Virus record (IMG/VR): IMGVR_UViG_2579778871_000004
Coordinates: 1-40,968 of that record
Strand: one strand, 5' to 3'
DNA from: a virus
Lineage: Duplodnaviria > Heunggongvirae > Uroviricota > Caudoviricetes
Length of the DNA stretch: 40,968 nt
Part shown: positions 16,900 through 28,681 of the stretch, one piece after another
How positions within the stretch are numbered: position 1 is the stretch's first letter
Layout of the letters: each line of letters begins with the position of its first letter
Notes under the pieces: model-generated
What the model saw: the letters and a program-made list of their open reading frames with translations, nothing else
Databases searched by the model: none
Told to the model about the DNA's origin: nothing
Program-made: the position numbers and the translations under genes

Positions 16900-17503
16900 A
16901 CCAGCGCGAAGACGATGTAAAAACGATGAATGTCAGGAATGGTTTCACCCTGCATTCGCTAATCAGTGGTGGTGCTCTCCAGAGTGTGGAACCAAGATAG
17001 CACTAGAACGACGAAGTAAAGAACGCGAAAAAGCGGAAAAAGCAGCAGAGAAGAAACGACGACGAGAGGAGCAGAAACAGAAAGATAAACTGAAGATTCG
17101 AAAACTCGCCTTAAAGCCCCGCAGTTACTGGATTAAACAAGCCCAACAAGCCGTAAACGCCTTCATCAGAGAAAGAGACCGCGACTTACCATGTATCTCG
17201 TGCGGAACGCTCACGTCTGCTCAGTGGGATGCCGGACATTACCGGACAACTGCTGCGGCACCTCAACTCCGATTTGATGAACGCAATATTCACAAGCAAT
17301 GCGTGGTGTGCAACCAACACAAAAGCGGAAATCTCGTTCCGTATCGCGTCGAACTGATTAACCGAATCGGGCAGGAAGCAGTAGACGAAATCGAATCAAA
17401 CCATAACCGCCATCGCTGGACTATCGAAGAGTGCAAGGCGATCAAGGCAGAGTACCAACAGAAACTCAAAGACCTGCGAAATAGCAGAAGTGAGGCCGCA
17501 TGA
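16892..17503 (+). CDS. ninG: NinG / Rap recombination-promoting endonuclease
   Basis: 203 aa, Cys-rich N-terminus plus basic region; recognised as lambda NinG. Confidence 0.85.
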   Translation: MAKPARRRCKNDECQEWFHPAFANQWWCSPECGTKIALERRSKEREKAEKAAEKKRRREEQKQKDKLKIRKLALKPRSYWIKQAQQAVNAFIRERDRDLPCISCGTLTSAQWDAGHYRTTAAAPQLRFDERNIHKQCVVCNQHKSGNLVPYRVELINRIGQEAVDEIESNHNRHRWTIEECKAIKAEYQQKLKDLRNSRSEAA

Positions 17504-17706
17504 CGTTCTCAGTAAAAACCATTCCAGACATGCTCGTTGAAGCATACGGAAACCAGACAGAAGTAGCACGCAGACTGAAATGTAGTCGCGGCACGGTCAG
17601 AAAATACGTTGATGATAAAGACGGGAAAATGCACGCCATCGTCAACGACGTTCTCATGGTTCATCGCGGATGGAGTGAAAGAGATGCGCTATTACGAAAG
17701 AATTGA
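17500..17706 (+). CDS. ninH: NinH
   Basis: 68 aa [37 protein letters not shown] (HTH-like), lambda NinH. Confidence 0.75.
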   Translation: MTFSVKTIPDMLVEAYGNQTEVARRLKCSRGTVRKYVDDKDGKMHAIVNDVLMVHRGWSERDALLRKN

Positions 17707-18349
17707 TGGCAGCAAATACCGAAATATTTGGGTAGTTGGCGATCTGCACGGATGCTACACGAACCTGATGAAAAAACTGGAGACGATAGGATTCGACACC
17801 AAAAAAGACCTGCTTATCTCGGTTGGCGATTTGGTCGATCGCGGTACAGAGAACGTCGAATGCCTGGAATTAATCACATTCCCCTGGTTCAGAGCTGTAC
17901 GTGGAAACCATGAGCAAATGATGATTGATGGCTTATCAGAGCGTGGAAACGTTAATCACTGGCTGCTTAATGGCGGTGGCTGGTTCTTTAATCTCGATTA
18001 CGACAAAGAAATTCTGGCTAAAGCTCTTGCCCATAAAGCAGATGAACTTCCGTTAATCATCGAACTGGTGAGCAAAGATAAAAAATATGTCATCTGCCAC
18101 GCCGATTATCCTTGTGACGAATACGAGTTTGGAAAGCCAGTTGATCATCAGCAGGCAATCTGGAACCGCGAACGAATCAGCAACTCACAAGACGGGATCG
18201 TAAAAGAAATCAAAGGAGCGGACACGTTCATCTTTGGTCATACGCCAGCAGTGAAACCACTCAAGTTTGCCAACCAGATGTATATCGATACCGGCGCAGT
18301 GTTCTGCGGAAACCTCACATTGATTCAGGTACAGGGAGAAGGCGCATGA
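17684..18349 (+). CDS. Ser/Thr protein phosphatase (lambda PPase, NinI)
   Basis: 221 aa from MRYYERIDG; metallophosphatase motifs GDLHG, GDLVDRG, GNHE. Confidence 0.85.
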   Translation: MRYYERIDGSKYRNIWVVGDLHGCYTNLMKKLETIGFDTKKDLLISVGDLVDRGTENVECLELITFPWFRAVRGNHEQMMIDGLSERGNVNHWLLNGGGWFFNLDYDKEILAKALAHKADELPLIIELVSKDKKYVICHADYPCDEYEFGKPVDHQQAIWNRERISNSQDGIVKEIKGADTFIFGHTPAVKPLKFANQMYIDTGAVFCGNLTLIQVQGEGA

Positions 18350-18969
18350 GACTCGAAAGCGTAGCTAAATTTCATTCGCCAAAAAGCCAGATGATGAGCA
18401 ACTCACCACGGGCTACGGCTTCTGACTCTCTTTCCGGTACTGATGTGATGGCTGCTATGGGGATGGCGCAATCACAAGCCGGATTCGGAATGGCTGCATT
18501 CTGTGGTAAACATGAACTCAGCCAGAACGACAAACAAAAGGCTATCAACTATCTGATGCAATTTGCACACAAGGTATCGGGGAAATACCGTGGTGTGGCA
18601 AAGCTTGAAGGAAATACTAAGGCAAAGGTACTGCAAGTGCTCGCAACATTCGCTTATGCGGATTATTGCCGTAGTGCCGCGACGCCGGGCGCAAGATGCA
18701 GAGATTGCCACGGTACAGGTCGGGCGGTTGATATAGCCAAAACGGAGCAGTGGGGGAGAGTTGTTGAGAAAGAGTGCGGAAGATGCAAAGGTGTCGGCTA
18801 TTCAAGAATGCCAGCAAGCGCCGCATATCGCGCTGTAACGATGCTAATCCCAAACCTTACTCAACCCACCTGGTCACGCACTGTTAAGCCGCTGTATGAC
18901 GCTCTGGTGGTGCAATGCCACAAAGAAGAGTCAATCGCAGACAACATTTTGAATGCGGTCACACGTTAG
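18346..18969 (+). CDS. Q: Late-gene antiterminator Q (lambda type)
   Basis: 207 aa, recognised as near-identical to lambda Q. Confidence 0.9.
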   Translation: MRLESVAKFHSPKSQMMSNSPRATASDSLSGTDVMAAMGMAQSQAGFGMAAFCGKHELSQNDKQKAINYLMQFAHKVSGKYRGVAKLEGNTKAKVLQVLATFAYADYCRSAATPGARCRDCHGTGRAVDIAKTEQWGRVVEKECGRCKGVGYSRMPASAAYRAVTMLIPNLTQPTWSRTVKPLYDALVVQCHKEESIADNILNAVTR

Positions 18970-19012
18970 CAGCATGATTGCCACGGATGGCAACATATTA
19001 ACGGCATAATAT

Positions 19013-19047
19013 TGACTTTTTGAATAAAGTTGGGTAAATTTGACTCA
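19013..19047 (+). promoter_or_regulatory. Late promoter pR' with qut region
   Basis: TTGACTTTTTGAATAAAGTTGGGTAAATTTGACTCAACGATGG matches the lambda pR' region with few substitutions. Confidence 0.55.
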
Positions 19048-19075
19048 ACGATGGATAAATGCACTCGTTAAATAA

Positions 19076-19111
19076 AGCCCTGAGTTAATAGCTCGGGGCT
19101 TTTTGCGTTTT
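19076..19111 (+). terminator. Rho-independent terminator about 30-60 nt downstream of pR' (tR'-like)
   Basis: AGCCCTGAG-ttaata-GCTCGGGGCT followed by TTTTGCGTTTT. Confidence 0.5.
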
Positions 19112-19247
19112 AAGCACGACCTTTCTGAAAGCGCATCAAACCAAATACCAGACAGACAAAAATAATCACCTTATCCGCTGTGGCTACGGTGCGGTGTGCT
19201 TTGCATAAAAGAAAACCAGCGCAATGGCTGGCTTCGTGAAAGCGGGC

Positions 19248-19285
19248 GGCATGAGGTTGCGCTAACAACCTCCTGCCGTTTTGCC
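19248..19285 (+). terminator. Second hairpin terminator upstream of S
   Basis: GGCATGAGGTT-gcgctaac-AACCTCCTGCC followed by GTTTTGCC. Confidence 0.45.
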
Positions 19286-19402
19286 CGTGCATATCGGTCA
19301 CGAACAAATCTGATTACTAAACACAGTAGCCTGGATTTGTTCTATCAGTAATCGACCTTATTCCTAATTAAATAGAGCAAATCCCCTTATTGGGGGTAAG
19401 AC

Positions 19403-19726
19403 ATGAAGATGCCAGAAAAACATGACCTGTTAGCCGCCATTCTCGCGGCAAAGGAACAAGGCATCGGGGCAATCCTTGCGTTTGCAATGGCGTACCTTCG
19501 CGGCAGATATAATGGCGGTGCGTTTACAAAAACAGTAATCGACGCAACGATGTGCGCCATTATCGCCTGGTTCATTCGTGACCTTCTCGACTTCGCCGGA
19601 CTAAGTAGCAATCTCGCTTATATAACGAGCGTGTTCATCGGCTACATCGGTACTGACTCGATTGGTTCGCTTATCAAACGCTTCGCTGCTAAAAAAGCCG
19701 GAGTAGAAGATGGTGGAAATCAATAA
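19403..19726 (+). CDS. S: Holin S (dual-start S107/S105)
   Basis: [39 protein letters not shown]... recognised as lambda S. Confidence 0.9.
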   Translation: MKMPEKHDLLAAILAAKEQGIGAILAFAMAYLRGRYNGGAFTKTVIDATMCAIIAWFIRDLLDFAGLSSNLAYITSVFIGYIGTDSIGSLIKRFAAKKAGVEDGGNQ

Positions 19727-20186
19727 TCAACGTAAGGCGTTCCTCGATATGCTGGCGTGGTCAGAGGGAACTGATAACGGACGGCAGAAAACCAGAAATC
19801 ATGGTTATGACGTCATTGTAGGCGGAGAGCTATTCACTGATTACTCCGATCATCCTCGCAAACTTGTCACGCTAAACCCAAAACTCAAATCAACAGCCGC
19901 CGGACGTTACCAGCTTCTTTCCCGTTGGTGGGATGCCTATCGTAAGCAGCTTGGCCTGAAAGATTTTTCTCCAGAAAGTCAGGATGCTGTAGCGCTGCAG
20001 CAGATTAAAGAGCGTGGCGCTTTGCCGATGATTGATCGCGGTGATATCCGTCAGGCTATCGACCGTTGCAGCAATATATGGGCTTCACTGCCGGGCGCTG
20101 GTTATGGTCAGTTCGAGCATAAGGCTGACAGTCTGATTGCAAAATTCAAAGAAGCGGGTGGAACGGTCAGAGAGATTGAGGTATGA
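19710..20186 (+). CDS. R: Endolysin R (lytic transglycosylase)
   Basis: 158 aa, recognised as lambda R. Confidence 0.9.
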   Translation: MVEINNQRKAFLDMLAWSEGTDNGRQKTRNHGYDVIVGGELFTDYSDHPRKLVTLNPKLKSTAAGRYQLLSRWWDAYRKQLGLKDFSPESQDAVALQQIKERGALPMIDRGDIRQAIDRCSNIWASLPGAGYGQFEHKADSLIAKFKEAGGTVREIEV

Positions 20187-20650
20187 GCAGAGTAACCGCG
20201 ATTATCTCCGCTCTGGTTATCTGCATCATCGTCTGCCTGTCATGGGCTGTTAATCATTACCGTGATAACGCCATCGCCTACAAAGAACAGCGTGATAAAA
20301 AAGTCAGTGAGCTGAAGCAGGCGACCGCCACCATTACTGACATGCAGCAACGCCAGCGTGCTGCTGATGCACTCGATGCTAAATACACGAAGGAGTTAGC
20401 TGATGCGAAAGCTGAAAATGATGCTCTTCGGCGCAAGCTTGATAATGGTGGCAGGGTGCTCGTCAAAGGAAAATGCCCTGTGCCATCCTCAGCCGAAACC
20501 TCCCGCACCTCCGGCATGGGCAATGATGCCACCGTCGAACTCTCTCCAGTTGCTGGACGAAACGTTCTCAGTATCAGATCCGGAATCATCAGCGACCAAA
20601 CATCACTGAGAGCGCTGCAGGAATACATCAACACGCAGTGCCTGAAATGA
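20183..20650 (+). CDS. Rz: i-spanin Rz
   Basis: 155 aa, N-terminal TM then periplasmic coiled coil; lambda Rz-like. Confidence 0.85.
   Translation: MSRVTAIISALVICIIVCLSWAVNHYRDNAIAYKEQRDKKVSELKQATATITDMQQRQRAADALDAKYTKELADAKAENDALRRKLDNGGRVLVKGKCPVPSSAETSRTSGMGNDATVELSPVAGRNVLSIRSGIISDQTSLRALQEYINTQCLK
20403..20609 (+). CDS. Rz1: o-spanin Rz1 (lipoprotein embedded in the +1 frame of Rz)
   Basis: [21 protein letters not shown] lipobox, Pro-rich mature region. Confidence 0.75.
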   Translation: MRKLKMMLFGASLIMVAGCSSKENALCHPQPKPPAPPAWAMMPPSNSLQLLDETFSVSDPESSATKHH

Positions 20651-20658
20651 ACAATCAT

Positions 20659-20683
20659 AGCCTCGTAATAGCGAGGCTTTTTA
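20659..20683 (+). terminator. Rho-independent terminator after the lysis cassette
   Basis: AGCCTCG-taatag-CGAGGCT followed by TTTT. Confidence 0.5.
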
Positions 20684-20700
20684 CTAACCGAGGGTAAATA

Positions 20701-20889
20701 ATGTCATCTCCAATCATGAAGTATTTCGCTTATCAACACCTCCCTGCGCATCTGCAGGAAATAAGTAAGCCAATCGGTGACCTTGCGACACTGATGGATG
20801 AATCACTGCCGGACAGTGCTGAAAAGTCAGCAGGTCTCCGCAAGCTGCTCGAAGCTAAAGATGCGCTGGTGCGAGCAAAGCTGGGGTAA
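20701..20889 (+). CDS. Hypothetical small protein (62 aa)
   Basis: ORF immediately after the terminator. Confidence 0.4.
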   Translation: MSSPIMKYFAYQHLPAHLQEISKPIGDLATLMDESLPDSAEKSAGLRKLLEAKDALVRAKLG

Positions 20890-21174
20890 GTCATTACAAA
20901 GCCTATCTACGGGTGGGCTTGATAATGAAACCGGAATTTATTCTGGGCCACCAGTTAACGGCAGTACCACGAAACAACCCAAGCTAGTAAGTGGGGAAAT
21001 AACACTGGCAGTCACTGAAAGATGAACCTCCAGCCTTATGGCAAAAAAGATTCTTTGTGGTGGCGGACTGATGGAAAGACATCGGATAGAATCAAGCAGT
21101 GGCTAGGGTAGCTCCCGAAAAGCGGACTCGTCACCGCCTGCCACTGAATCTATGGCGAACAACAAGACGAGGTT

Positions 21175-21393
21175 GTGATGGATGATAACGGAAACCAATG
21201 GGTAAATGTTGAACACCGGCTACCAGAAAGCAAAGAAGGGATGTGGTCTAAAGAGGTTATAGCTCTTACTGATACTGGTGACGTGTTCAAACTATCATGT
21301 ATGGGCTCTTACTGGCAGAGAACCAAGGCATTCATCGATTCAGGAGCAAGCAAGGTTACACACTGGATGCCGCTTAATTACCCAGATGATTAA
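21175..21393 (+). CDS. DUF551-like small phage protein
   Basis: 72 aa with C-terminal ..THWMPLNYPDD, resembling the DUF551 HWMPLP motif. Confidence 0.5.
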   Translation: MMDDNGNQWVNVEHRLPESKEGMWSKEVIALTDTGDVFKLSCMGSYWQRTKAFIDSGASKVTHWMPLNYPDD

Positions 21394-21410
21394 AACGGAT
21401 GAAAAATGAA

Positions 21411-21434
21411 AGGTCGCTCAGGCGGCCTTTTTTA
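21411..21434 (+). terminator. Rho-independent terminator
   Basis: AGGTCGC-tcag-GCGGCCT followed by TTTTTT. Confidence 0.5.
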
Positions 21435-21528
21435 TTGCCATCACAAAAGCCATTCCCTACAGAGTGGCTTTGATAATGGCTTATACCCTACACGGGATAA
21501 CTTAACTGATATCCCTTTTAACGGATAA

Positions 21529-21783
21529 ATGGAGCCAACAATGGCAGAGATTATTCCCATGACTGAAGAACAGAAATTCCAGTTAGAGATTTACAAACTG
21601 GTCATGAACCAGAACGCAGCCGCAGAAGAAGCATTTCAGTTCATTGGCACTGACGAGTTGAAGCTTGAGCTATTCAAAATTCACTTCCAGTCAGGCGGCG
21701 CTAATTCAGATATCACGACCCGCACTATCGAAGCGGTGCGTAAATCGAAGGAAGCGTTAGACCTGTTCACTACCGGAGTGTAA
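21529..21783 (+). CDS. Hypothetical protein (84 aa; start may be ATG at 21541)
   Basis: ORF upstream of the packaging genes. Confidence 0.45.
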   Translation: MEPTMAEIIPMTEEQKFQLEIYKLVMNQNAAAEEAFQFIGTDELKLELFKIHFQSGGANSDITTRTIEAVRKSKEALDLFTTGV

Positions 21784-21786
21784 GAG

Positions 21787-22074
21787 ATGACTGAACAAGA
21801 AATGCCGAGATACCAGTGCCACAAAAAAGTTCGCGCCCTGAAGATTGGCTCTATAGAACATAAGCCAAACCCAGATCGGTCTGGTAAGACTGGCTCTTCT
21901 AGTTATGGGGCAATTATTCATCCGGATGATAAGAAATACGCAGCATTTGATGTTAGCGCGGAATATATCTGTAAGCACCGACCAATGTCTGGAGGCTATT
22001 ACGTTGTCTATGAGGATGGATATGAATCATATTCTCCTGCTGAGGTATTTGAGTCTGGATATTCAAAATTATAG
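21787..22074 (+). CDS. Hypothetical protein (95 aa)
   Basis: ORF, tightly spaced after the previous gene. Confidence 0.45.
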   Translation: MTEQEMPRYQCHKKVRALKIGSIEHKPNPDRSGKTGSSSYGAIIHPDDKKYAAFDVSAEYICKHRPMSGGYYVVYEDGYESYSPAEVFESGYSKL

Positions 22075-22083
22075 GAATCCTCT

Positions 22084-22263
22084 ATGACAAGCGTCGTTGA
22101 TCTTGGTAAGGAGAAGAAATTCCCAATTACTCAAGAGCTATACGAGAGGCTGGAAAGCGTCATCCATGATTACGATGGTGAAATCAGTTTATGCGAGGCG
22201 ATTGGCACACTCGAATTGCTGAAGCAGTCACTGATTGAAGGCGCGAAAGAGTCCTTAGCCTGA
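22084..22263 (+). CDS. Hypothetical small protein (59 aa)
   Basis: Hand-translated MTSVVDLGKEKKFPITQELYERLESVIHDYDGEISLCEAIGTLELLKQSLIEGAKESLA. Confidence 0.35.
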   Translation: MTSVVDLGKEKKFPITQELYERLESVIHDYDGEISLCEAIGTLELLKQSLIEGAKESLA

Positions 22264-22286
22264 AATAACAACTAAGTGAGATGAAT

Positions 22287-22775
22287 ATGGCAGCACCAAA
22301 GGGCAACCGATTTTGGGAGGCCCGCAGTAGTCATGGGCGAAATCCTAAATTCGAATCGCCTGAGGCGCTGTGGGCTGCTTGTTGTGAATACTTCGAGTGG
22401 GTAGAAGCTAACCCGCTATGGGAGATGAAGGCGTTCTCGTATCAGGGTGAAGTGATACAAGAGCCTATCGCCAAGATGCGAGCGATGACCATTACCGGCC
22501 TCACTCTGTTCATTGATGTGACGCTTGAAACATGGCGCACATATCGCCTGCGAGAAGATTTATCTGAAGTCGTTACGCGAGCAGAACAGGTCATCTACGA
22601 CCAGAAATTCTCTGGCGCAGCCGCTGACCTTCTCAACGCTAACATCATCGCCCGTGATTTGGGCCTCAAAGAGCAGTCGCAAGTTGAAGACGTGACACCT
22701 GATAAGGGAGATCGCGATAAGCGACGCTCTCGTATCAAGGAGCTATTCAACCGTGGAACTGGACGCGATTCTTGA
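22287..22775 (+). CDS. Terminase small subunit (P22 gp3 type)
   Basis: 162 aa from [22 protein letters not shown].., recognised as P22 gp3-like; gene contains a pac-like sequence. Confidence 0.8.
   Translation: MAAPKGNRFWEARSSHGRNPKFESPEALWAACCEYFEWVEANPLWEMKAFSYQGEVIQEPIAKMRAMTITGLTLFIDVTLETWRTYRLREDLSEVVTRAEQVIYDQKFSGAAADLLNANIIARDLGLKEQSQVEDVTPDKGDRDKRRSRIKELFNRGTGRDS
22555..22579. other. Putative pac site for headful packaging
   Basis: AAGATTTATCTGAAGTCGTTACGCG inside the small terminase gene resembles the P22 pac site as recalled. Confidence 0.4.
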
Positions 22776-24252
22776 TAACCTGAGCGACGAAGAGCAAATC
22801 GAATTGCTCGAGCTACTCGAAGAAGAAGAGAACTACCGTAACACACACCTGCTATATGAATTTACGCCATACAGCAAACAGCGTGAGTTCATCGACGCCG
22901 GGCATGACTATCCAGAGCGATGTTTTATGGCTGGTAACCAGCTTGGTAAGTCATTTACTGGTGCTGCTGAAGTCGCGTTTCACCTTACCGGGCGTTATCC
23001 GGGCACAAAAGGCTATCCGGCTGATGGTAAATATGGTGGGGAGTGGAAAGGTAAGCGTTTCTATGAGCCTGTTGTCTTCTGGATTGGCGGCGAGACAAAC
23101 GAGACTGTAACCAAAACGACTCAACGCATCCTGTGTGGTCGTATCGAAGAGAATGATGAGCCAGGCTACGGTTCCATACCTAAAGAAGACATCATTAGCT
23201 GGAAGAAGTCTCCTTTCTTTCCGAACCTTGTTGATCATCTTCTGGTTAAGCATCACACGGCTGATGGCGTTGAAGATGGCATTTCAATCTGCTACTTCAA
23301 ACCATACTCGCAAGGCCGCGCTCGCTGGCAGGGTGACACAATCCACGGCGTGTGGTTTGACGAAGAGCCACCATACAGCATTTATGGCGAAGGCCTTACC
23401 CGTACCAACAAATACGGGCAATTCTCAATTCTGACGTTTACCCCGCTGATGGGGATGTCTGACGTTGTTACCAAGTTCCTGAAGAATCCAAGCAAGTCGC
23501 AGAAAGTGGTCAACATGACCATCTACGACGCTGAGCACTACACAGACGAACAGAAAGAGCAAATCATCGCATCTTATCCTGAGCATGAGAGAGAGGCGCG
23601 TGCTCGCGGTATTCCTACGATGGGTAGTGGTCGAATCTTCCAGATACCGGAAGAGACGATTAAGTGTCAGCCGTTCGAGTGTCCTGATCACTTCTACGTA
23701 ATTGGCGGGATGGATTTCGGATGGGATCACCCGCAGGCGCAGGTTCAGCTTTGGTGGGATAAGGACGCAGACACAATCTACGTTTCACGCGTGTGGAAGG
23801 CGAAAGAAAAAACAGCGGTTCAGGCATGGGGAGCTGTTAAATCATGGGCGCATAAAGTGCCAACCGCATGGCCTCATGACGGAAACCAGCATGAGAAGGG
23901 CGGCGGTGAGCAGCTCAAAGGGCAGTATGCCGACGCTGGTTTTATGATGTTGCAGGAGCATGCGACATGGCCTGATGGCGGTAACGCTGTGGAGCCTGGC
24001 ATCACTGAATTGCGCGACATGATGCTCGATGGTCGCTTCAAAGTATTCAACACCTGTGAGCCATTCTTTGAGGAGTTCCGCCTCTATCACCGTGATGAAA
24101 ACGGGAAAATCGTCAAGCTTAACGACGACGTTCTCTCAGCCGTTCGCTATGCATACATGATGCGCCGCTTCGCAAAAATGATGCGCGACATCAAAAAACC
24201 AAAAGAGAAAAAGATACCAGCCCCAATCAGGCCCATCGCACGGAGAACTTAA
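22753..24252 (+). CDS. Terminase large subunit (P22 gp2 type)
   Basis: 499 aa, ATPase and nuclease domains; overlaps small subunit end. Confidence 0.9.
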   Translation: MELDAILDNLSDEEQIELLELLEEEENYRNTHLLYEFTPYSKQREFIDAGHDYPERCFMAGNQLGKSFTGAAEVAFHLTGRYPGTKGYPADGKYGGEWKGKRFYEPVVFWIGGETNETVTKTTQRILCGRIEENDEPGYGSIPKEDIISWKKSPFFPNLVDHLLVKHHTADGVEDGISICYFKPYSQGRARWQGDTIHGVWFDEEPPYSIYGEGLTRTNKYGQFSILTFTPLMGMSDVVTKFLKNPSKSQKVVNMTIYDAEHYTDEQKEQIIASYPEHEREARARGIPTMGSGRIFQIPEETIKCQPFECPDHFYVIGGMDFGWDHPQAQVQLWWDKDADTIYVSRVWKAKEKTAVQAWGAVKSWAHKVPTAWPHDGNQHEKGGGEQLKGQYADAGFMMLQEHATWPDGGNAVEPGITELRDMMLDGRFKVFNTCEPFFEEFRLYHRDENGKIVKLNDDVLSAVRYAYMMRRFAKMMRDIKKPKEKKIPAPIRPIARRT

Positions 24253-26418
24253 ATGGCCGACGAAAACAGACTCAATTCCATTCTGTGTAAGTTTGACGCA
24301 GACTGGATGGCGAGCGATGAAGCCAGAACCGAGGCGACAAATGACCTGTATTTTAGCCGAGTGTCGCAATGGGATGACTGGCTATCAAACTACACTACCC
24401 TGCAATATCGCGGACAATTCGATGTTGTTCGCCCGGTGGTCAGGAAACTGGTCGCAGAGATGCGCAGGAACCCTATCGACGTTCTCTTCCGACCCAAAGA
24501 CGGCGCTAATCCTGATGCTGCCGATGTGTTGATGGGGATGTATCGTACTGATATGCGCCATAACACGGCAAAAATTGCCGTTAACGTTGGCGTTCGTGAG
24601 CAGATAGAGTCCGGCGTTGGTGCATGGCGTCTGGTCACGCAGTACGAAGACAACGACCCAACAAGCAACAATCAGGTAATCCGACGCCTGCCAATCCATG
24701 AAGCTTGCTCACACGTTATATGGGACGCCAACAGCAAGCAGATGGATAAGAGCGACGCTAAGCATTGCACGGTGATTAACGCCTTGTCGCGCAATGGCTG
24801 GAAAGAGTTCGCAGAGGATTACGGTATTGACCCGGATACCTTGCCATCTTTCCAGAATCCTAACGATACATGGCTATTCCCGTGGGTGTCGAATGATGTC
24901 ATCTACGTCGCTGAGTATTACGAGGTAGAAGAGAAGAAGGAGAAGGTCTTCATCTACCGCGACCCGCTGACAGGTGATCCGGTCAGCTATTACCAGCAGG
25001 ATATCAAAGACGTCATCGACGACCTGGCTAATCGTGGATTCATTAAGGTGGCAGAGCGCAAGGTGAAGCGTCGGCGTGTGTATAAGTCGATCATCACCTG
25101 CACGCAGATACTGAAAGACCGCGAGAAGATAGCTGGAGAGCATATCCCAATCGTTCCAGTGTATGGCGAATGGTCATTCGCTGGTGACAAGGAGTGCTAC
25201 GAAGGAGTGGTAAGGCTGACGAAAGACGGTCAGCGCCTTCGTAACATGATTATGTCGTTCAACGCCGATATTGTTGCTCGTTCACCGAAGAAGAAACCTA
25301 CCTTCTTCCCTGAGCAAATCGAAGGCTACGAATATATGTACGGTGGAAATGATGACTATCCGTACTATCTGCAGAACAAGACCGATGAAAACGGTAACGA
25401 CCTGCCGATTGGTCCAATCTCCTACATGGAAAACCCTGAAGTGCCGCAAGCCAACGCTTACATGCTTGAGGCTGCCACCAACGCAGTGAAAGAGGTGGCT
25501 AGTCTTGGCGTGGATGCGCAGGCGGCAAATGGTCAGGTCGCTTTCGATACCGTCAATCAACTGAACATGCGGGCAGACCTTGAGACATACGTGTTTCAGG
25601 ATAACCTGGCTACCGCAATGCGACGTGATGGCGAGATTTATGCCTCAATGGTCAACGATATTTATGACGTTCCTCGTCATGTAACGCTGACACTTGAAGA
25701 TGGAAGCGAGAAAGACGTTCAACTCTATGTGCAAGTTGTCGATTACCAGTCCGGCAATGTGGTCACACTCAACGACATTCGCGGTCGCTATGAGTGCTAT
25801 ACAGACGTCGGACCATCCTTCCAGAGTATGAAGGAACAGAACCGCGCAGAGATTCAGGAGTTACTCACCAAGGTTCCACAAGGTACTCCAGAGTTCCAGA
25901 TGCTGATGCTGCAATACTTCACGCTGCTTGATGGTAAAGGCGTCGAGATGATGCGAGAGTACGCGAACAAGCAACTGGTGATGATGGGGCTGAAGAAACC
26001 AGAAACACCTGAAGAGATGGAGATGGTACAGCAGGCTCAACAGCAGCCGCAGCAGCCATCAGCAGAGCAAATTCAGGCGCATGGTATCCTTCTGCAAGGT
26101 CAGGCTGAATTGCTCAAGGCAGAGAACCAACAGGCGCAGATTCAGGTTGAAGCCGCCAAGGTTGAAGCCCAAAACCAACTCAACGCCGCGAAGATTGCGG
26201 AAATCTTCAACAATATGGACCTCGACAAGCAGGCAGAACTGCGTGAGTACCTCAAGCTCGTAGGTCAATTCCAGCAACAGCGCAGCAAAGATGCTCGTGC
26301 TAACGCTGAGCTGCTTCTTAAAGATGCAGACCAGACTCATTCACAACGCATGGATTTCGCGAATCTTATGCGTCAAGTTCAAATCCCCTCCGGCGGAGTA
26401 GCCGAGACACCTCAATAA
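24253..26418 (+). CDS. Portal protein (P22 gp1 type)
   Basis: 721 aa with Gln-rich coiled-coil C-terminal barrel region. Confidence 0.9.
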   Translation: MADENRLNSILCKFDADWMASDEARTEATNDLYFSRVSQWDDWLSNYTTLQYRGQFDVVRPVVRKLVAEMRRNPIDVLFRPKDGANPDAADVLMGMYRTDMRHNTAKIAVNVGVREQIESGVGAWRLVTQYEDNDPTSNNQVIRRLPIHEACSHVIWDANSKQMDKSDAKHCTVINALSRNGWKEFAEDYGIDPDTLPSFQNPNDTWLFPWVSNDVIYVAEYYEVEEKKEKVFIYRDPLTGDPVSYYQQDIKDVIDDLANRGFIKVAERKVKRRRVYKSIITCTQILKDREKIAGEHIPIVPVYGEWSFAGDKECYEGVVRLTKDGQRLRNMIMSFNADIVARSPKKKPTFFPEQIEGYEYMYGGNDDYPYYLQNKTDENGNDLPIGPISYMENPEVPQANAYMLEAATNAVKEVASLGVDAQAANGQVAFDTVNQLNMRADLETYVFQDNLATAMRRDGEIYASMVNDIYDVPRHVTLTLEDGSEKDVQLYVQVVDYQSGNVVTLNDIRGRYECYTDVGPSFQSMKEQNRAEIQELLTKVPQGTPEFQMLMLQYFTLLDGKGVEMMREYANKQLVMMGLKKPETPEEMEMVQQAQQQPQQPSAEQIQAHGILLQGQAELLKAENQQAQIQVEAAKVEAQNQLNAAKIAEIFNNMDLDKQAELREYLKLVGQFQQQRSKDARANAELLLKDADQTHSQRMDFANLMRQVQIPSGGVAETPQ

Positions 26419-26431
26419 GAGAGAGTTAACC

Positions 26432-27343
26432 ATGGACCAAACCACCGACATTCAGGCTTCTGAAGAATTAACCCTGCCCGGCAATCATGCAGCGGCATCT
26501 GCTGATGGCTTAGTTGTCGATAATGCCAACGACAACGCAAGTCAGGAAGAAGGCTTCGAGATTGTCCTGAAAGACGATGAGAAACCAAAACAAGACCCGG
26601 CAACTAATGCTGAATTTGCCCGTCGCCGCATCGAACGCAAACGCCAGCGTGAGCTTGAGCAGCAGATGGAAGCGGTTAAGCGTGGAGAGTTGCCGGAGCA
26701 CCTGCGGGTGAACCCTGAGTTACCAAAACAACCAGACCCTAACGATTATCTTTCCGAAGATGCACTGGCTAAGTACGGCTATGACCAGAGCCGCGCACTG
26801 GCTGCCTTCCAGCAGGCAAACAGTGAATGGCAGATCAAGGCTATGGACGCACGAAGCCAGGCTGTAGCCGAGCAGGGCCGCAAAACTCAGGAGTTCACCC
26901 AGCAATCAGCGCAATACGTCGAGGCAGCCCGTAAGCACTACGACGCAGCGGAAAAGCTCAACATCCCTGACTATCAGGAGAAAGAGGATGCATTCATGCA
27001 ACTGGTGCCGCCAGCAGTCGGTGCCGACATCATGCGCCTCTTCCCGGAGAAATCCGCTGCTCTCATGTATCACCTTGGTGCTAATCCTGAGAAAACACGC
27101 CAGTTGCTGGCGATGGACGGGCAATCCGCGCTGATTGAACTCACTCGACTGTCAGAACGTTTAACTCTCAAGCCTCGAGCCAAACCTGTTTCAGAAGCCC
27201 CGTTACCTGATGAACCCATTCAGGGACACGCTGTTGCTGCAAATATCTCTGCGATTGAAAAGCAGATGGAAGCAGCAGCAAACAAAGGGGATGTAGAGAC
27301 ATACCGCAAGCTCAAGGCGCAACTGAATAAAGGAATTCGATAA
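26432..27343 (+). CDS. Scaffolding protein (P22 gp8 type)
   Basis: 303 aa, helical, C-terminal coat-binding helix-turn-helix ...[13 protein letters not shown]. Confidence 0.85.
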   Translation: MDQTTDIQASEELTLPGNHAAASADGLVVDNANDNASQEEGFEIVLKDDEKPKQDPATNAEFARRRIERKRQRELEQQMEAVKRGELPEHLRVNPELPKQPDPNDYLSEDALAKYGYDQSRALAAFQQANSEWQIKAMDARSQAVAEQGRKTQEFTQQSAQYVEAARKHYDAAEKLNIPDYQEKEDAFMQLVPPAVGADIMRLFPEKSAALMYHLGANPEKTRQLLAMDGQSALIELTRLSERLTLKPRAKPVSEAPLPDEPIQGHAVAANISAIEKQMEAAANKGDVETYRKLKAQLNKGIR

Positions 27344-28638
27344 TGGCATTAAATGAAGGTCAACTGGTCACGTATGCTCTGGATGAAATCATCGAAACCG
27401 TCCAGAACCTGACGCCAATGGCGTCCAAAGTGACAAAATACACCCCTCCGGCAGAATCCATGCAACGTTCAAGCAACACCGTGTGGATGCCTGTTGAGCA
27501 GGAAGCGCCAACTCAGACTGGCTGGGATTTAACTGGCAACGCAACCGGGATTCTGGAACTCTCCGTGAAGTGCAACATGGGCGATCCGGATAACGATTTC
27601 TTCGAGCTTCGTGCAGATGACCTGCGTGATGAGCGTTCTTACCGTCGCCGCATCCAGGCATCCGCCAAAAAACTGGCGAATAACATTGAGTCAGCGATTG
27701 CCAAACAGGCAACTGAAATGGGCTCGCTTGTTGTTCACGATACCCGCGCAATTGGTCCATCTACTGGCCTGTCTGGCTGGGATTTTGTGTCTGATGCAGA
27801 GCGCCTGATGTTCTCCCGTGAGCTAAACCGCGATATGGGCATCAGTTACTTCCTGAACCCGGACGATTACCGCAAAGCAGGCCGCAACCTGGTAGATGGT
27901 GACATCTTTGGGCGCGTTCCTGAAGACGCGTATCGCAACGGTACTATTCAGCGTCAGATTGCTGGCTTTGATGAAATTCTTCGCTCACCGAAACTTCCGG
28001 CAGTTACCAAGTCAACCGCTACTGGTGTAACTGTTTCTGGTGCGCAGAAGTTTAAGCCGCAGGCATACACCCTTGATACCGATGGTAACAAAGAGAACGT
28101 CGATAACCGTGTTGCAACGGTGACCGTATCCTCCACCACCGGATTTAAGCGCGGCGACAAAATCAGCTTCACTGGTGTGAAATTCCTGTCTCAGATGGCG
28201 AAGAACGTGCTGACTGATGATGCGACTTTCTCAATCACCCGTGTGATCGATGGTACTCACATCGAAATCACGCCGAAGCCGATTGCGCTTGATGACGCTT
28301 CACTGACAAAAGAAGAGAAGGCTTACGCTAACGTAAACACCTCTCTTGCTGATGCCACTCCGGTAAACGTTCTGAACGTGGCAACAACCACCGCTAACGT
28401 GTTCTGGGCTGATGACTCAATCCGCCTGCTGTCTCAGCCGATCCCGGTAACCCATGAACTGTTTGCTGGCATGAAAACGTCTTCCTTCAGCATTCCTGGC
28501 ATTGGTGTTAACGGCATCTTCGCAACGCAGGGTGATATCAACACTCTGTCTGGTAAGTGCCGTATTGCTGTGTGGTATTCAGCATGTGCTGTACGACCAG
28601 AGGCAATTGGTGTTGGTCTGCCTAACCAGACCGCGTGA
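27343..28638 (+). CDS. Major capsid (coat) protein (P22 gp5 type)
   Basis: 431-codon ORF recognised as P22 coat-like. Confidence 0.9.
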   Translation: MALNEGQLVTYALDEIIETVQNLTPMASKVTKYTPPAESMQRSSNTVWMPVEQEAPTQTGWDLTGNATGILELSVKCNMGDPDNDFFELRADDLRDERSYRRRIQASAKKLANNIESAIAKQATEMGSLVVHDTRAIGPSTGLSGWDFVSDAERLMFSRELNRDMGISYFLNPDDYRKAGRNLVDGDIFGRVPEDAYRNGTIQRQIAGFDEILRSPKLPAVTKSTATGVTVSGAQKFKPQAYTLDTDGNKENVDNRVATVTVSSTTGFKRGDKISFTGVKFLSQMAKNVLTDDATFSITRVIDGTHIEITPKPIALDDASLTKEEKAYANVNTSLADATPVNVLNVATTTANVFWADDSIRLLSQPIPVTHELFAGMKTSSFSIPGIGVNGIFATQGDINTLSGKCRIAVWYSACAVRPEAIGVGLPNQTA

Positions 28639-28645
28639 TAACCAC

Positions 28646-28670
28646 AGGGAGCTTAGGCTCCCTTTTCTAT
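28646..28670 (+). terminator. Strong hairpin terminator immediately after the coat gene
   Basis: AGGGAGC-ttag-GCTCCCT followed by TTTT. Confidence 0.6.
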
Positions 28671-28681
28671 TGGAGATACCA

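Noticed and set aside
19110-19307. 65-aa minus-strand ORF in the Q-S intergenic region
   Set aside because: Antisense to pR' leader and terminators, no RBS, overlaps regulatory hairpins; most likely a chance ORF.
18970-19402. Possible Shiga toxin or tRNA cargo between Q and S
   Set aside because: Interval is only about 430 bp, has no ORF of stx size and no tRNA-like cloverleaf signatures; only promoter and terminator elements are visible.
20798-21025. 75-aa plus-strand ORF in the non-coding stretch after the lysis genes
   Set aside because: No convincing RBS, Ser/Gly/Thr-rich low-complexity translation, spans the hairpin element; treated as non-coding.
22856-26340. Multiple 60-100-aa ORFs on both strands inside the terminase and portal genes
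   Set aside because: All are embedded within long, well-supported structural genes; these are frame or antisense artefacts of the six-frame track.
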